NCBI GenBank assembly: GCA_910587065.1
Contig: CAJUMA010000001.1
Location: 9,346 to 73,345, forward strand
Direction of reading: 5' to 3'
From: an uncultured Bacilli bacterium
Lineage (GTDB): Bacteria; Bacillota_I; Bacilli_A; RF39; UBA660
Length of the DNA stretch: 64,000 nucleotides
This document shows, piece by piece, positions 17,324 to 27,129 of the stretch. A program made the translations under genes and the position numbers. Within the stretch, counting starts at the first letter, position 1. Each line of letters starts with the position of its first letter. The notes beneath the pieces are model-generated. The model ran no database searches. It was not told where the DNA came from and saw nothing but the letters and a program-made list of their open reading frames with translations.

Positions 17324-19060
17324 TTACATTTCAGTATAAACACTAACGCTAGCAAATGTTCTATTCATTAATTCTTGATATAAAGAATTAGATGCTAATA
17401 CATCTTTGTTTTTACCCTTAGCTAAAACTTTACCTTTATCCATTACTACTACTCGGTCAGCCACCATCATCATCTCTGGTTTATGTGTAACTAAAATAAT
17501 TGTGTGATCACTTTTTAAATCATTTAGTAACGCACTAATCTGAGTTGTAGTATCAGGATCAATACTACTAGTAACCTCATCAAAGAGTAATATTTCCGCT
17601 TTTGTAAGTAAAGCTCTTGCAATAACTAATAATTGCTTTTGACCTTCCGAAAAAAGTGTTGATTCAGGATCAATAACTGTATTATATCCTTTAGGTAAAG
17701 AACTAATAAAATCATGAATGCCTACCCTTTTACAAGCCTCTATTTGATTATTCAGATTAGAATCAACTAAAGATAAATTATCTTTAATACTCATCTCAAA
17801 CATAAACGGTTTTTGAAATACACCAGAAATATTTGAAGAATAAACTTTTTTTGTATAATTATAAATACTTTCGTCATCTATTAAAATACTTCCAGATTTT
17901 ATTCTATCAAGACGATAAAGTAAATTTAAAATAGTTGTTTTTCCTGATCCACTTTTACCAACTATTGCAGTAATTTCATTAGGAAAAACTTTAAATGAAA
18001 CATTATTTAAGATTTTCTTACCCCTGATTTCATAATTAACATGGTCGAAGTTTACTGAACCATTAATATAGTCATTATCAATTTCACCATAGTCTAAAAC
18101 AGTTGATGAAGTATAATTTAAAATATTAGCTATACGATTAATACGAATTCCATAATTACTTAAATTAAGTAAATAGTCAAGCATTGTATCAGTAACTGTA
18201 ATAGTCATTTCAAAATAACTTATAAGCAAAACTAGTTTATCTAGTGCTAAACGACCATTAACAACTAAGAAAGCTAAGAAAATATATAAAGCTATTTTAC
18301 CAAAGTAAACCAGGTAAGGAATCAAACAATATCTCGATGATGTATATTTTCTTTTTAACTTATACTGTTCCTTCCAACTCTTTCTTGTTTTATCTAATTT
18401 ATTATTTAAACTGTCCATAATATTTAAACTTTTAACTTGTTTTAAATTAGAAAGACTCTGATTAAATGTATCAATTATTTTATCTTCATACTTTCTTGTA
18501 CCTTCATAATGTTTCGATATTTTTTTAGAATTGGTATTCATTAATTTTAAATATATAAAATCAACAACAAAAGCAAATAAAGCAACGAATACATTATAAT
18601 AGCAAAATATAAATAAAATAACGACAAGTTTAAGAATTCCCATTAAAGCTTCTGATGCACAGTCAACTATATCTACTAAGTATCTAATATCGTCACTGCA
18701 AGTTTCAATAACTTTACCCTTAGACATCTTACTAAATATCGTGTCATTAGAGATTACATGATCAAATAAGTCTTTTTGAACTTCTAAATGATAATAGTCT
18801 GCTAAAATCGTATACGTATAATAGTTCCAACGTAAACAACCAAAATAAGCAATATAAAACAACAAATACATTAAAACATATATCCATATACCATTAAAAT
18901 TATTTTCGGTAATAGCAGCTATTATTCCAGATGTTGCAAGTGGTGGTAATAAGCCAGCTACGTTATAAAGACAACAGCTAATAAACATTTGCACTACCAT
19001 GCCTTTTTTCTTATCAGCTATTCTCATTATAGTTTTAAAGATATCAAAATATCTTTTCAT
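17324..19060 (-). CDS. ABC exporter, fused permease/ATPase (type I exporter fold)
   Basis: Six-TM N-terminal half, Walker A GKSGSGKTT, signature FSEGQKQ, Walker B ILLFDEVTSSID. No C39 peptidase domain. Confidence 0.85.
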   Translation of the reverse strand: MKRYFDIFKTIMRIADKKKGMVVQMFISCCLYNVAGLLPPLATSGIIAAITENNFNGIWIYVLMYLLFYIAYFGCLRWNYYTYTILADYYHLEVQKDLFDHVISNDTIFSKMSKGKVIETCSDDIRYLVDIVDCASEALMGILKLVVILFIFCYYNVFVALFAFVVDFIYLKLMNTNSKKISKHYEGTRKYEDKIIDTFNQSLSNLKQVKSLNIMDSLNNKLDKTRKSWKEQYKLKRKYTSSRYCLIPYLVYFGKIALYIFLAFLVVNGRLALDKLVLLISYFEMTITVTDTMLDYLLNLSNYGIRINRIANILNYTSSTVLDYGEIDNDYINGSVNFDHVNYEIRGKKILNNVSFKVFPNEITAIVGKSGSGKTTILNLLYRLDRIKSGSILIDDESIYNYTKKVYSSNISGVFQKPFMFEMSIKDNLSLVDSNLNNQIEACKRVGIHDFISSLPKGYNTVIDPESTLFSEGQKQLLVIARALLTKAEILLFDEVTSSIDPDTTTQISALLNDLKSDHTIILVTHKPEMMMVADRVVVMDKGKVLAKGKNKDVLASNSLYQELMNRTFASVSVYTEM

Positions 19061-19062
19061 AA

Positions 19063-20244
19063 TTACTTAATATCTTTCTCATATTCAATATCATTGATTG
19101 AATATTTTTTAGTTTTAGCAATAAAGTTTAGTACCTTGTTAGCCATAAATACAATCAAAGCTAGCAAAATAAAATAGGCAAATCCAAATGTTGTAAATTT
19201 GGGCTCTGTTTTCGTGAGAAGTCCAATAATTGAAACACCTGCACTCATTGAAGTAACAATTGTTAAACTGTTAATTGAATTACTAGTTACATCTTGTTTT
19301 AATCCATTAAATAACTTTTGAGCAGAACTTACATAGTCTTTCGTCATATTCCAAATTTGTTTAATATAATCTAAAGTATCACGTAAAGTTTCATATCTAT
19401 ATCCACTAATTCTTAAGAATTCCTCTAATTCAGAATCAGATTTAGCAATCTTCTCACGTGTAGATATATAAGAACTCATTTGATTAATTCTACCACTTAT
19501 TAAACTTATCGTCTTAGCATAGCCATCTAATTTAGATGTGAATTTAACAATATCAGCACCCTTAACATTAGCATTCTCCTTAACTACATCAATTTTTTCC
19601 CAAATAATTCTATGAATATTTAAATAACGATGCAATTGTCCCTTAAATTCACGAATAAATATTTGCTCTTCAATATATCTTTCAATATTGGATATAGATT
19701 GACTTTTGTTATTAATGAAATAGTACTTATCTCCTCTAACAACATCATACTTTTCATTTTTAAACTCAAAATATTTTTGCTTTTCTGTTCTTGACAAAAG
19801 TTCATTTATTTGATTCTTAGTGGCCTTATCAACTGTAACAAAATATGGATAAATAGTTTCTATGCTAGCAAGTTCTTTAGGAATTGGTGCACCTAAACTA
19901 AAAAGATAAGACAAAGCAGGTGACAATTTGTTTTCATAATAATCAGTTACATGATCAATATCTGCAAATAATGTATCTTCACTGACTTCACTATTTTTAA
20001 GTGTTATTAAACCATCTTCAAAAATCTTAACAGTTATATTAAGAGAAGTTGTAAATTGAATAAATTCTTCACCAGCTACATCATAATCAATTTTACCTAT
20101 TTTTAATTCTTTTTTATACTCTGCAAGTTTTTCAGGATCTAATGCTAATTGAGATGATCCATCTCTTAAGAAATCATATATTTCTGATAATTGAAGCATG
20201 GTTCTTTGAAACCAACCACCAACATAAACATTACTTATCTTCAT
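19063..20244 (-). CDS. hypothetical protein: ~330-aa soluble domain plus two C-terminal TM helices
   Basis: Its stop lies 2 nt before the ABC gene start, suggesting translational coupling. TM helices are INSLTIVTSMSAGVSIIGLL and FGFAYFILLALIVFMANKVL. No named family recognised. Confidence 0.6.
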   Translation of the reverse strand: MKISNVYVGGWFQRTMLQLSEIYDFLRDGSSQLALDPEKLAEYKKELKIGKIDYDVAGEEFIQFTTSLNITVKIFEDGLITLKNSEVSEDTLFADIDHVTDYYENKLSPALSYLFSLGAPIPKELASIETIYPYFVTVDKATKNQINELLSRTEKQKYFEFKNEKYDVVRGDKYYFINNKSQSISNIERYIEEQIFIREFKGQLHRYLNIHRIIWEKIDVVKENANVKGADIVKFTSKLDGYAKTISLISGRINQMSSYISTREKIAKSDSELEEFLRISGYRYETLRDTLDYIKQIWNMTKDYVSSAQKLFNGLKQDVTSNSINSLTIVTSMSAGVSIIGLLTKTEPKFTTFGFAYFILLALIVFMANKVLNFIAKTKKYSINDIEYEKDIK

Positions 20245-20261
20245 AATACTTCACTCCTAAT

Positions 20262-20702
20262 TTATTTTACACCTATAGAGAAGAACTTAGCATCATCAAC
20301 ATGAAAGCCAAAGTTTTTATAACAAGCATGGGCTGCCTCACGGAAATTCATTGACCATAACTCCATTGCAACGCACCCATTATCCTTGCATATTCTATTA
20401 CACTCTTCTAGCATTTGAGTTGCTAAATTATGTCTTCTATAATCTGGTCTTACACAAACATGATTTAATATGGCATATTTATTCATCTTTTCATAAATTG
20501 TTGGAATAATAGTTATCTTAGTATGAGCAATAACCTCACCATCAACAGACCCAATTAAATATATTTGATTTTTATCATCTTTAGTTTCATTAAAAACTTT
20601 TTTTGCATAATCTAAACTGGTCTCTTCTTCAAAGCATTCATTACAAAGTTTTATAATCGCTTCTACATCATTTTCATTTGCTATTCTAAAATCCAATTTC
20701 AT
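20262..20702 (-). CDS. GNAT family N-acetyltransferase
   Basis: 146 aa with an acetyl-CoA binding region HVCVRPDYRRHNLATQMLE. It ends 17 nt upstream of the next gene. Confidence 0.8.
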   Translation of the reverse strand: MKLDFRIANENDVEAIIKLCNECFEEETSLDYAKKVFNETKDDKNQIYLIGSVDGEVIAHTKITIIPTIYEKMNKYAILNHVCVRPDYRRHNLATQMLEECNRICKDNGCVAMELWSMNFREAAHACYKNFGFHVDDAKFFSIGVK

Positions 20703-20860
20703 TCTATATCCTCTTTTCTTCTATTTATATATTTTCTATCAATATAAGAATATCATGTTTTTTGTCAATTCTTACATTTATTTCGTAAAGTTTACTTTTA
20801 ATATACACCATTATTGTAAAGGCACTTCTAACAACCTAAAAAAACTCATAAAAATGAGTT

Positions 20861-21376
20861 TTATTTAAATTTAACTATATTTACGCCTTCTAATTCAAGC
20901 AATTTAAGTTTTCTCTCAATTCCCCCCGCATAACCAGTTATTTTATTATTAGTTCCAATTACTCGATGGCAAGGAATTATTATTGAAATAGGGTTACGTG
21001 ATACGGCCCCACCAATCGCTTGATATGATTTGGTATTAAGTAAATCTGCAATATCTTTATAAGTAATCGTATCTCCATAGGGGATAGTCTTTAACACATT
21101 CCAAACACGCATTTCATACTGAGTTCCTTCTAACTTTATTTTTAACTGTTCAATATTTGGTTTGTTATCACTAAAATAATTATCTAACCAATTTTTAACT
21201 TTTAAAGTTTCTTCATTATCCGAATAAAAATATATATCTGTTTTATATCGCGAAAGGAAATGCTTTTGTCCCGCAAACCAAAGACCACACAGCATGTCAC
21301 CATCTAAAGCGATAACAATTTCTCCCATAGGTGAGTAATACTTAGAAAATATCATTTTACTTAAAAATCCTTTCAT
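20861..21376 (-). CDS. ogt: methylated-DNA--protein-cysteine methyltransferase
   Basis: Active site IIIPCHRVIG plus the preceding HTH region YKDIADLL. Confidence 0.9.
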   Translation of the reverse strand: MKGFLSKMIFSKYYSPMGEIVIALDGDMLCGLWFAGQKHFLSRYKTDIYFYSDNEETLKVKNWLDNYFSDNKPNIEQLKIKLEGTQYEMRVWNVLKTIPYGDTITYKDIADLLNTKSYQAIGGAVSRNPISIIIPCHRVIGTNNKITGYAGGIERKLKLLELEGVNIVKFK

Positions 21377-21443
21377 TAGACATTTTATTTTCGGAATATC
21401 AACATTATATTGCTTAAATTAATTATAACATAGAATTTTTAGT

Positions 21444-22907
21444 TTAAACACATGGATATGGGCAATCAGAGCAATTATGGATATTGTTCTTCTTTAAAAC
21501 TTTAAGTCCATCCTTGCTATTAATAATAACGGATTCTTGAGATTTTATATCTTCATCACTTAACGATTCGCCCCCATTCATTAGTTGCAAATGATTTTTT
21601 ACTATCTCAAAGCCTTTTTCAGTCATTATATAGACAGGTATTTTTACTCCAACTTGTAAAATAGCATTCGGGGCAATTTCTGATTTAACATACTTTGATG
21701 CACATGACCAAACAACATCGGCATAATCTCGTATAGAAATAGCCGTAGCATAATCTATGCCTGTAGAACATAAACCAAATTTATATATTTTTATATTATT
21801 CTCCTTTTCTAATCTTTCAAGTTCTCTATGCAATTTATTATCCTGAGCTGCTACTGAAACTGCAATTTTTTTATACCCTAAACTTATTGCCTTTTTTACT
21901 CCCTCTAATTGATCAATAATGGCCGTATAAGGAAATACTGGTATAATACCTGCTTCTTTAGCCCTTTCAAGAATTGTTTTGTTAGGACTTGTATGAAAAA
22001 GTCCTGTCATTCTCTTAACTGCACCTTGAGTATTAAATTCATTAGTAGTGATTATTGTTCCTAGATTATTAGAAACTATGACAGCGGCATCGATAAGTCC
22101 TGTTTTAAAGGCTGAAGACATTGTCTCACTTGCTCCAAACAAAACATTTGCTTCACAAGAATTTAAAGGTCTATTAGTATCAAAATAACCACTTTCAATA
22201 ACTACTTCATTTATTAGATTACACATTTCTTTAGTTTGTTTTCGTAAATCTGATTTACCTAAACACTCAATTAATTTCTTAGCATTATCCCCACCAACTT
22301 CTTCTAAAAGTTTTTTCATAAGTGGACAATATTTAATAGGTATGGGTGTGGCAGCCACAGCTTTCAATTTATTAGCATTTTTCATTAGTAGAATATAACT
22401 TCCAAACATTCTAGTAATATGAAAACCACTTGCATCTAAAGAATCTCTAATAGCATGAAGAATTTTACTTCCAACATCTCTAATATTATTATCTAAATTC
22501 TTATTCAATAAAACTATGTTAAGCCTACCATCTGAAATGTACACATTATCATCTTTATTTAACATTCCATTTTCTGTAAGTATATTTTTTACAAAAGCAA
22601 TTAGTTGATCATTAAAATTTTTATAATCAATCTTAATTCCCTCAAAATATTTACTTAAATCAAGATTATTTAATCTAAAAGTCATATATATACCTTTAAA
22701 TCTATACTTTTGAACAAAAGTGTGATAATCACTTTCTGAAGTTTCTGAAAAAAATTCCGTATAATAATATTCTAAATCATTTATTTCATTCATATTTTCG
22801 GAAACACATATAGGTGAAGATAACTCGCCATCATAACCTTCAAATAAATAATATCCAACGATATTTTCATATAAGATACCTTCCTTACATATTTGCTCTT
22901 TTAACAT
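21444..22907 (-). CDS. hypothetical protein (488 aa) with C-terminal CxxCPxPC motif
   Basis: ATG 22907 with a GAGGTGAT RBS is preferred over the track start at 22982. The C-terminus is ..NIHNCSDCPYPCV*. Divergent from a LysR gene. No family assigned. Confidence 0.6.
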   Translation of the reverse strand: MLKEQICKEGILYENIVGYYLFEGYDGELSSPICVSENMNEINDLEYYYTEFFSETSESDYHTFVQKYRFKGIYMTFRLNNLDLSKYFEGIKIDYKNFNDQLIAFVKNILTENGMLNKDDNVYISDGRLNIVLLNKNLDNNIRDVGSKILHAIRDSLDASGFHITRMFGSYILLMKNANKLKAVAATPIPIKYCPLMKKLLEEVGGDNAKKLIECLGKSDLRKQTKEMCNLINEVVIESGYFDTNRPLNSCEANVLFGASETMSSAFKTGLIDAAVIVSNNLGTIITTNEFNTQGAVKRMTGLFHTSPNKTILERAKEAGIIPVFPYTAIIDQLEGVKKAISLGYKKIAVSVAAQDNKLHRELERLEKENNIKIYKFGLCSTGIDYATAISIRDYADVVWSCASKYVKSEIAPNAILQVGVKIPVYIMTEKGFEIVKNHLQLMNGGESLSDEDIKSQESVIINSKDGLKVLKKNNIHNCSDCPYPCV

Positions 22908-22997
22908 ATATATCACCTCTTCTGCTTGTATTATAGAAAAAAATATGGTATAAATAAAATATATATTTTTTATTTTAGACATAAAAAGGACTTATAT

Positions 22998-23885
22998 ATG
23001 GATATTAACTATGAACACTATAAAATTTTTTATTATACAGCAATTAATAAAAGTATTTCTAAAACTGCTGAAATTCTTTTAATCTCTCAGCCAGCAGTTT
23101 CTTATCAAATAAAAGCATTAGAAGAAACACTCGGTATAACGCTTTTTGTAAGAACAAAAAAAGGTGTTTCATTGACAGAAGAAGGAGAAATACTTTTTAC
23201 TTATATAAAAAAAGGTGTGGAAGCATTTACAAATGGAGAAAACGCTTTAACTAATTTAAAAAATTTAGATTATGGAAATATTAGGATAGGTTCAAGTGCA
23301 ACAGTAAGTAAACATGTACTAATGCCTTATCTTGAAAAATTTCATAAAAGTTATCCAAATATTGAAATCAACATAACGAATAACTTAACTGAAGAATTAT
23401 TAAAAGATTTAAGAAACGGAAATCTAGATATATTAATACTTAATATGCCAATGGAAGAATATAAAGATTTAAGTGTTAAAAAAGTTATGGATGTTCAAGA
23501 TATATTTGTAACAAATAAAGACTATTACAAAGAACTAAGCGGCAAAATTAATCTTAAAGAACTAAATAAGTATCCTTTACTATTTCAAAAAAAGCCATCC
23601 AACACAAGAGAATACTTAGACAACTATTTAAAAGAAAATAAAACCACCTTAATACCTAAAATGGAAATCGTTAGTTATAATTTAATTATGGATTTTTTAA
23701 AAATAGGATTTGGCATTGGCTATGCAACAAGAGAATTTATTCAATCTGAACTCAATAACAAAGAACTATATGAGCTTGATGTTACCCCTAAAGTCCCTAA
23801 AAGATATATTGGTATAGTTACTCTTAAACAAAGAGTGCCAAATTTTAGTGTCAATAAGCTAATTGACATAATAACAAAAAAATAA
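22998..23885 (+). CDS. LysR family transcriptional regulator
   Basis: wHTH ISKTAEILLISQPAVSYQIKALEETLGITLFVR plus a LysR substrate-binding domain. The ATG at 22998 gives the canonical N-terminus MDINYEHYKIF. Confidence 0.9.
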   Translation: MDINYEHYKIFYYTAINKSISKTAEILLISQPAVSYQIKALEETLGITLFVRTKKGVSLTEEGEILFTYIKKGVEAFTNGENALTNLKNLDYGNIRIGSSATVSKHVLMPYLEKFHKSYPNIEINITNNLTEELLKDLRNGNLDILILNMPMEEYKDLSVKKVMDVQDIFVTNKDYYKELSGKINLKELNKYPLLFQKKPSNTREYLDNYLKENKTTLIPKMEIVSYNLIMDFLKIGFGIGYATREFIQSELNNKELYELDVTPKVPKRYIGIVTLKQRVPNFSVNKLIDIITKK

Positions 23886-23895
23886 TGCGCAAACA

Positions 23896-25386
23896 TTATT
23901 TTTTCTTATACCATTTTTTTGTATAACTTAAAACATTTATATTTCCTAAAACAAAAGCTACAACATATATTGGTGAATAACAGTACAAATATCTAGCTCT
24001 TGCTTCAAATAAGGTTAAAAATAAGGTTATACCAATTAAAGTAAGCATTACTACTAGTTCCTTTTTAGAGTTTGCTTTTTTTACACAAAATGGAATATAA
24101 AATAGTAAAGTTAACCAAAACCATTGAGCAATCAACAAATAAACTTTATAAAAAGATCCATCATGAGTGAAAATATTATTAATAAATTTCTTAATGGGAT
24201 GTGACTGCTTTTTTACATTTAAGAAAAATGCTCCTTCTTTACCCCAAGCAAATGAACCATCATTATAATTAACTAAAGTTTTCTTTGAAAAAAAGTCAAG
24301 ATGTTCTTTTAAAGATCTTTCTGATAATCTCTTTTTTATTTTATCAATATTTTGATTCATACCATATTTAATTGAATCATCTACATCACTGCCATTAAAT
24401 ATACCTTGTGTTTCTTCATTTAATCCCATCGCGATAAAATGTACTAGTTTAAACTCAACAACATTTGGTACCTGATAATATTCAACATAAACTCTTGCAG
24501 CAGCATTTATACTAAATACAACTAAAAATCCTAAAAGTGAAAGTGAGATGTTCTTTAAAACAACTTTCAAATTCCATTTTCTAAAATTAAGAATTCTTCT
24601 TAAATTAGTAAGTAACTCAACAATAATTATAGCAAGTAAAACAATTATAACTGTAGGTTTAATATAATAACCAAATAGCGATAATAAACATATAAAAAAA
24701 TAATCATAACAATCTTTTTTATCTTTCGTATAAATATACAAAACAAGAATTGGAAATATTAATGCAAATGTATCAGAATATACAACAAGTATCCAAGGAC
24801 TTAACACAACAAGCGGAATTAAAAATATATAAGAACTTAAAGCATACCTATTATTATGGGTTAAATTCTTAACTGTTAAAGAAGTAAAAATTGCACTTAT
24901 ATTAACGAACAAAGAATTAAAGAAAAGAAAGATAAAATTAGAGTTTCCAAAAAATGGTATATTTCTAAATAGTATAAGTATAAACGTTAACATTGTATTG
25001 TTAGGATACCTTGTCATATATTCCATGTCATTAATAACTTTATAATTAAGGAAATGTTCAACAGTTCTCAATAAATGTCCAGCATCCCAAGTAGGAGTGA
25101 AATAACCATAAACTTCTACAAACATCTGAACAAAAAATAAGACTAAAGAAAGTATTGCAAGTACTATATAGTATTTTTTATTTGAAAAATCTTTTATATT
25201 TTTAAAAAAGAAAAATATAAAAAAAATTATAATTATAAAAATAATAGAAAAAATATTACTTAACAAATAGTTTCTTTGATTAATGTAATCTATATTCCCA
25301 AAAAAGAACAAGAGTATAAGAATATAACTAAACATAACAATAAATATTACTGGTATCGTTTTTTGTAAAAATTTCATAAATCCCAA
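23896..25386 (-). CDS. polytopic membrane protein, GT-C-like (ArnT/PMT-type) glycosyltransferase candidate
   Basis: More than 10 TM helices, aromatic-rich, with a soluble loop near the C-terminus. The call rests on architecture only. Confidence 0.4.
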   Translation of the reverse strand: MGFMKFLQKTIPVIFIVMFSYILILLFFFGNIDYINQRNYLLSNIFSIIFIIIIFFIFFFFKNIKDFSNKKYYIVLAILSLVLFFVQMFVEVYGYFTPTWDAGHLLRTVEHFLNYKVINDMEYMTRYPNNTMLTFILILFRNIPFFGNSNFIFLFFNSLFVNISAIFTSLTVKNLTHNNRYALSSYIFLIPLVVLSPWILVVYSDTFALIFPILVLYIYTKDKKDCYDYFFICLLSLFGYYIKPTVIIVLLAIIIVELLTNLRRILNFRKWNLKVVLKNISLSLLGFLVVFSINAAARVYVEYYQVPNVVEFKLVHFIAMGLNEETQGIFNGSDVDDSIKYGMNQNIDKIKKRLSERSLKEHLDFFSKKTLVNYNDGSFAWGKEGAFFLNVKKQSHPIKKFINNIFTHDGSFYKVYLLIAQWFWLTLLFYIPFCVKKANSKKELVVMLTLIGITLFLTLFEARARYLYCYSPIYVVAFVLGNINVLSYTKKWYKKK

Positions 25387-25478
25387 TCCTTAATAAACCG
25401 CACTTTAAAGTAATTATACATAATAAAGAAAATATATACAATAGAAAAAGATGCTATTACATATAACATCTTTAGTAA

Positions 25479-25790
25479 CTATTTCTTTAAAGGCAAAGAC
25501 TTACAAGTGTCTAATATAATTTTTTTAAGTAATTCTTTATTATCTAAATCATCTATTAAATACATAGGTTTTGCTCCACTATAAGGTATTTTTCTAGAAA
25601 GATTATATAAATCATTACTAGAAACTATTTTAACAAGTACCCTATTATCATAAATACCACCAAATAATACATCCTTGTAATAAAGCAAGTATTCACCCAT
25701 CATTGATTTACAAGTAATGCCATCCATAATTTCTAATTGATTTAAAACATAATCTTTATAATCTTTTGTCGTAGACATTAATTGCACCAC
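25479..25790 (-). CDS. TfoX N-terminal domain protein
   Basis: 103 aa with CKSMMGEYLLYYKDVLFGGIYDNRVLVK, typical of TfoX_N. Confidence 0.6.
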   Translation of the reverse strand: MVQLMSTTKDYKDYVLNQLEIMDGITCKSMMGEYLLYYKDVLFGGIYDNRVLVKIVSSNDLYNLSRKIPYSGAKPMYLIDDLDNKELLKKIILDTCKSLPLKK

Positions 25791-25839
25791 CCATAGCTAC
25801 ACTTCCATAATTATAGCATATATAAAAGCATATAAAGAT

Positions 25840-26130
25840 TTATTTTTTACTTAAATACAAATGCTTATTTATTTCCTCCACAGAAATTTTTGAACAAGGA
25901 AATAATTTACATGCCATATCTTTCATTCTTTCTTCCAAACCAGTAATAAAATCTTCTATATAATAAAAATCTTCAATACCTTCACACAATTTCTTTGTTT
26001 TTAACATTTTTGGATTTTTAGCAACTTCTTCAGAAAATACAATCCATTCCTGATACGCTTCGCTATTCATCTCTCTTCTTTCGGGACCCAAAACTTTATC
26101 TAACCAAGCATCGCTTAAAGCCGTATGCAA
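25840..26130 (-). CDS. hypothetical protein, probably the C-terminal piece of a frameshifted gene
   Basis: TTG start in the track. The frame is open upstream to 26190 and overlaps the end of ORF 26174-26548 in another frame. Confidence 0.4.
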   Translation of the reverse strand: MHTALSDAWLDKVLGPERREMNSEAYQEWIVFSEEVAKNPKMLKTKKLCEGIEDFYYIEDFITGLEERMKDMACKLFPCSKISVEEINKHLYLSKK

Positions 26131-26173
26131 TTTATTAAACCATAAAAGTAAATCATGATCACTTTTAGATAAC

Positions 26174-26548
26174 CTATAGTTCTCTTTTCCTCAACGTTTT
26201 CATAAGTTCTTTTACTTTTTTATATTGAGAATTATACCAAGATGCCATAAAAGTTCCATCAGCAAAACGATAATCATTACTTTTAGGTAATACATTACCA
26301 TATTCTGCAGCCTTATCATAATAAACGTTTCTTTTATCTACTATACTTAGTACATCTATACCTCTTAAATAGTCATCGAGATAAGCAAGTCTTTCAATAA
26401 CATATATATCATCACGAGAAATCTTATAATCTCTACTATGCTTACATAAATCAAGTTCTTTTTTAGCTATTTTTAGCATTTCTTTATACCAATCTCGTAA
26501 ATATGTCCCATCTTTAAATTTTTCACCTGGATCATCTAAGTAGCCCAC
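26174..26548 (-). CDS. hypothetical protein with helicase-associated-like W/Y repeats, probably the N-terminal piece of the same gene
   Basis: Repeated DGT(Y/F)xxxWYxxxxK units (KFKDGTYLRDWYKEMLK, FADGTFMASWYNSQYKK). GTG start in the track. Confidence 0.4.
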   Translation of the reverse strand: MGYLDDPGEKFKDGTYLRDWYKEMLKIAKKELDLCKHSRDYKISRDDIYVIERLAYLDDYLRGIDVLSIVDKRNVYYDKAAEYGNVLPKSNDYRFADGTFMASWYNSQYKKVKELMKTLRKREL

Positions 26549-26825
26549 ATTTGAAATAATTCTATCACAATAAATATCTGTTTTACATTACCTACTCATA
26601 AATTTCCCACTTTATTTTATTTAGCAATAATTTCTATTGTTACTTCATCTCTTTTCAATAGAAATTACCTCACTTTCTTGAAATTTAAAAGGATGTTCAC
26701 ATATTTTTTATGTTTACATCCTTTATTTTTAGGCATTGAGCCACAATTTTAAATTATTTACAAGCAAATCCCTATTTGTTAACATTTTTTTAATTTACAA
26801 AACTATCGCAAACCCTTTATTTATC

Positions 26826-26885
26826 TCACTTTCCGCAGCAATTTTTGTACTTTTTGCCCGAACCACATGTTCTACCAAATCCAGT
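26826..26885 (-). pseudogene. orphan duplicate of the secA 3' end (SecA zinc-finger tail)
   Basis: The minus strand reads [18 protein letters not shown], compared with the live SecA tail [20 protein letters not shown] at 32783. There is no upstream ORF. Similarity is at the protein level and partly at the nucleotide level. Confidence 0.65.
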
Positions 26886-27021
26886 ATTTATAGTATTTAT
26901 GGTATTACTGGAATTATTGATATTTCAGGGAAAAAGTGGTTCCGAAGTATCGAATATTTATGGTATTTATAGTACTATGATTACTATAAATATTTCATCC
27001 AATGGGAACAAAATGGGAACA
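26883..27021. repeat. clusters of short direct repeats at the island end (candidate recombinase arm sites)
   Basis: 9-mers (A/G)GTATTTAT at 26883, 26892 and 26962, with variants at 26901, 26953 and 26971. ATGGGAACA occurs at 27002 and 27013, and the same 9-mer recurs at 32713 next to the integrase. Confidence 0.5.
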
Positions 27022-27129
27022 TTGTGCTCATTCGTTCACTAAATCCTATTGTATCTAATAGTAAAACTACCAGACACCTAAATTTTACTAAAGATAATGA
27101 AAATAATCAACTTATTATTCAAAAAAGTG

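Noticed and set aside
26736-27042. Two + strand ORFs in the island border region
   Set aside because: They run across the orphan SecA tail (read in antisense) and the 9-bp repeat arrays. Repeat-derived open frames without an RBS.
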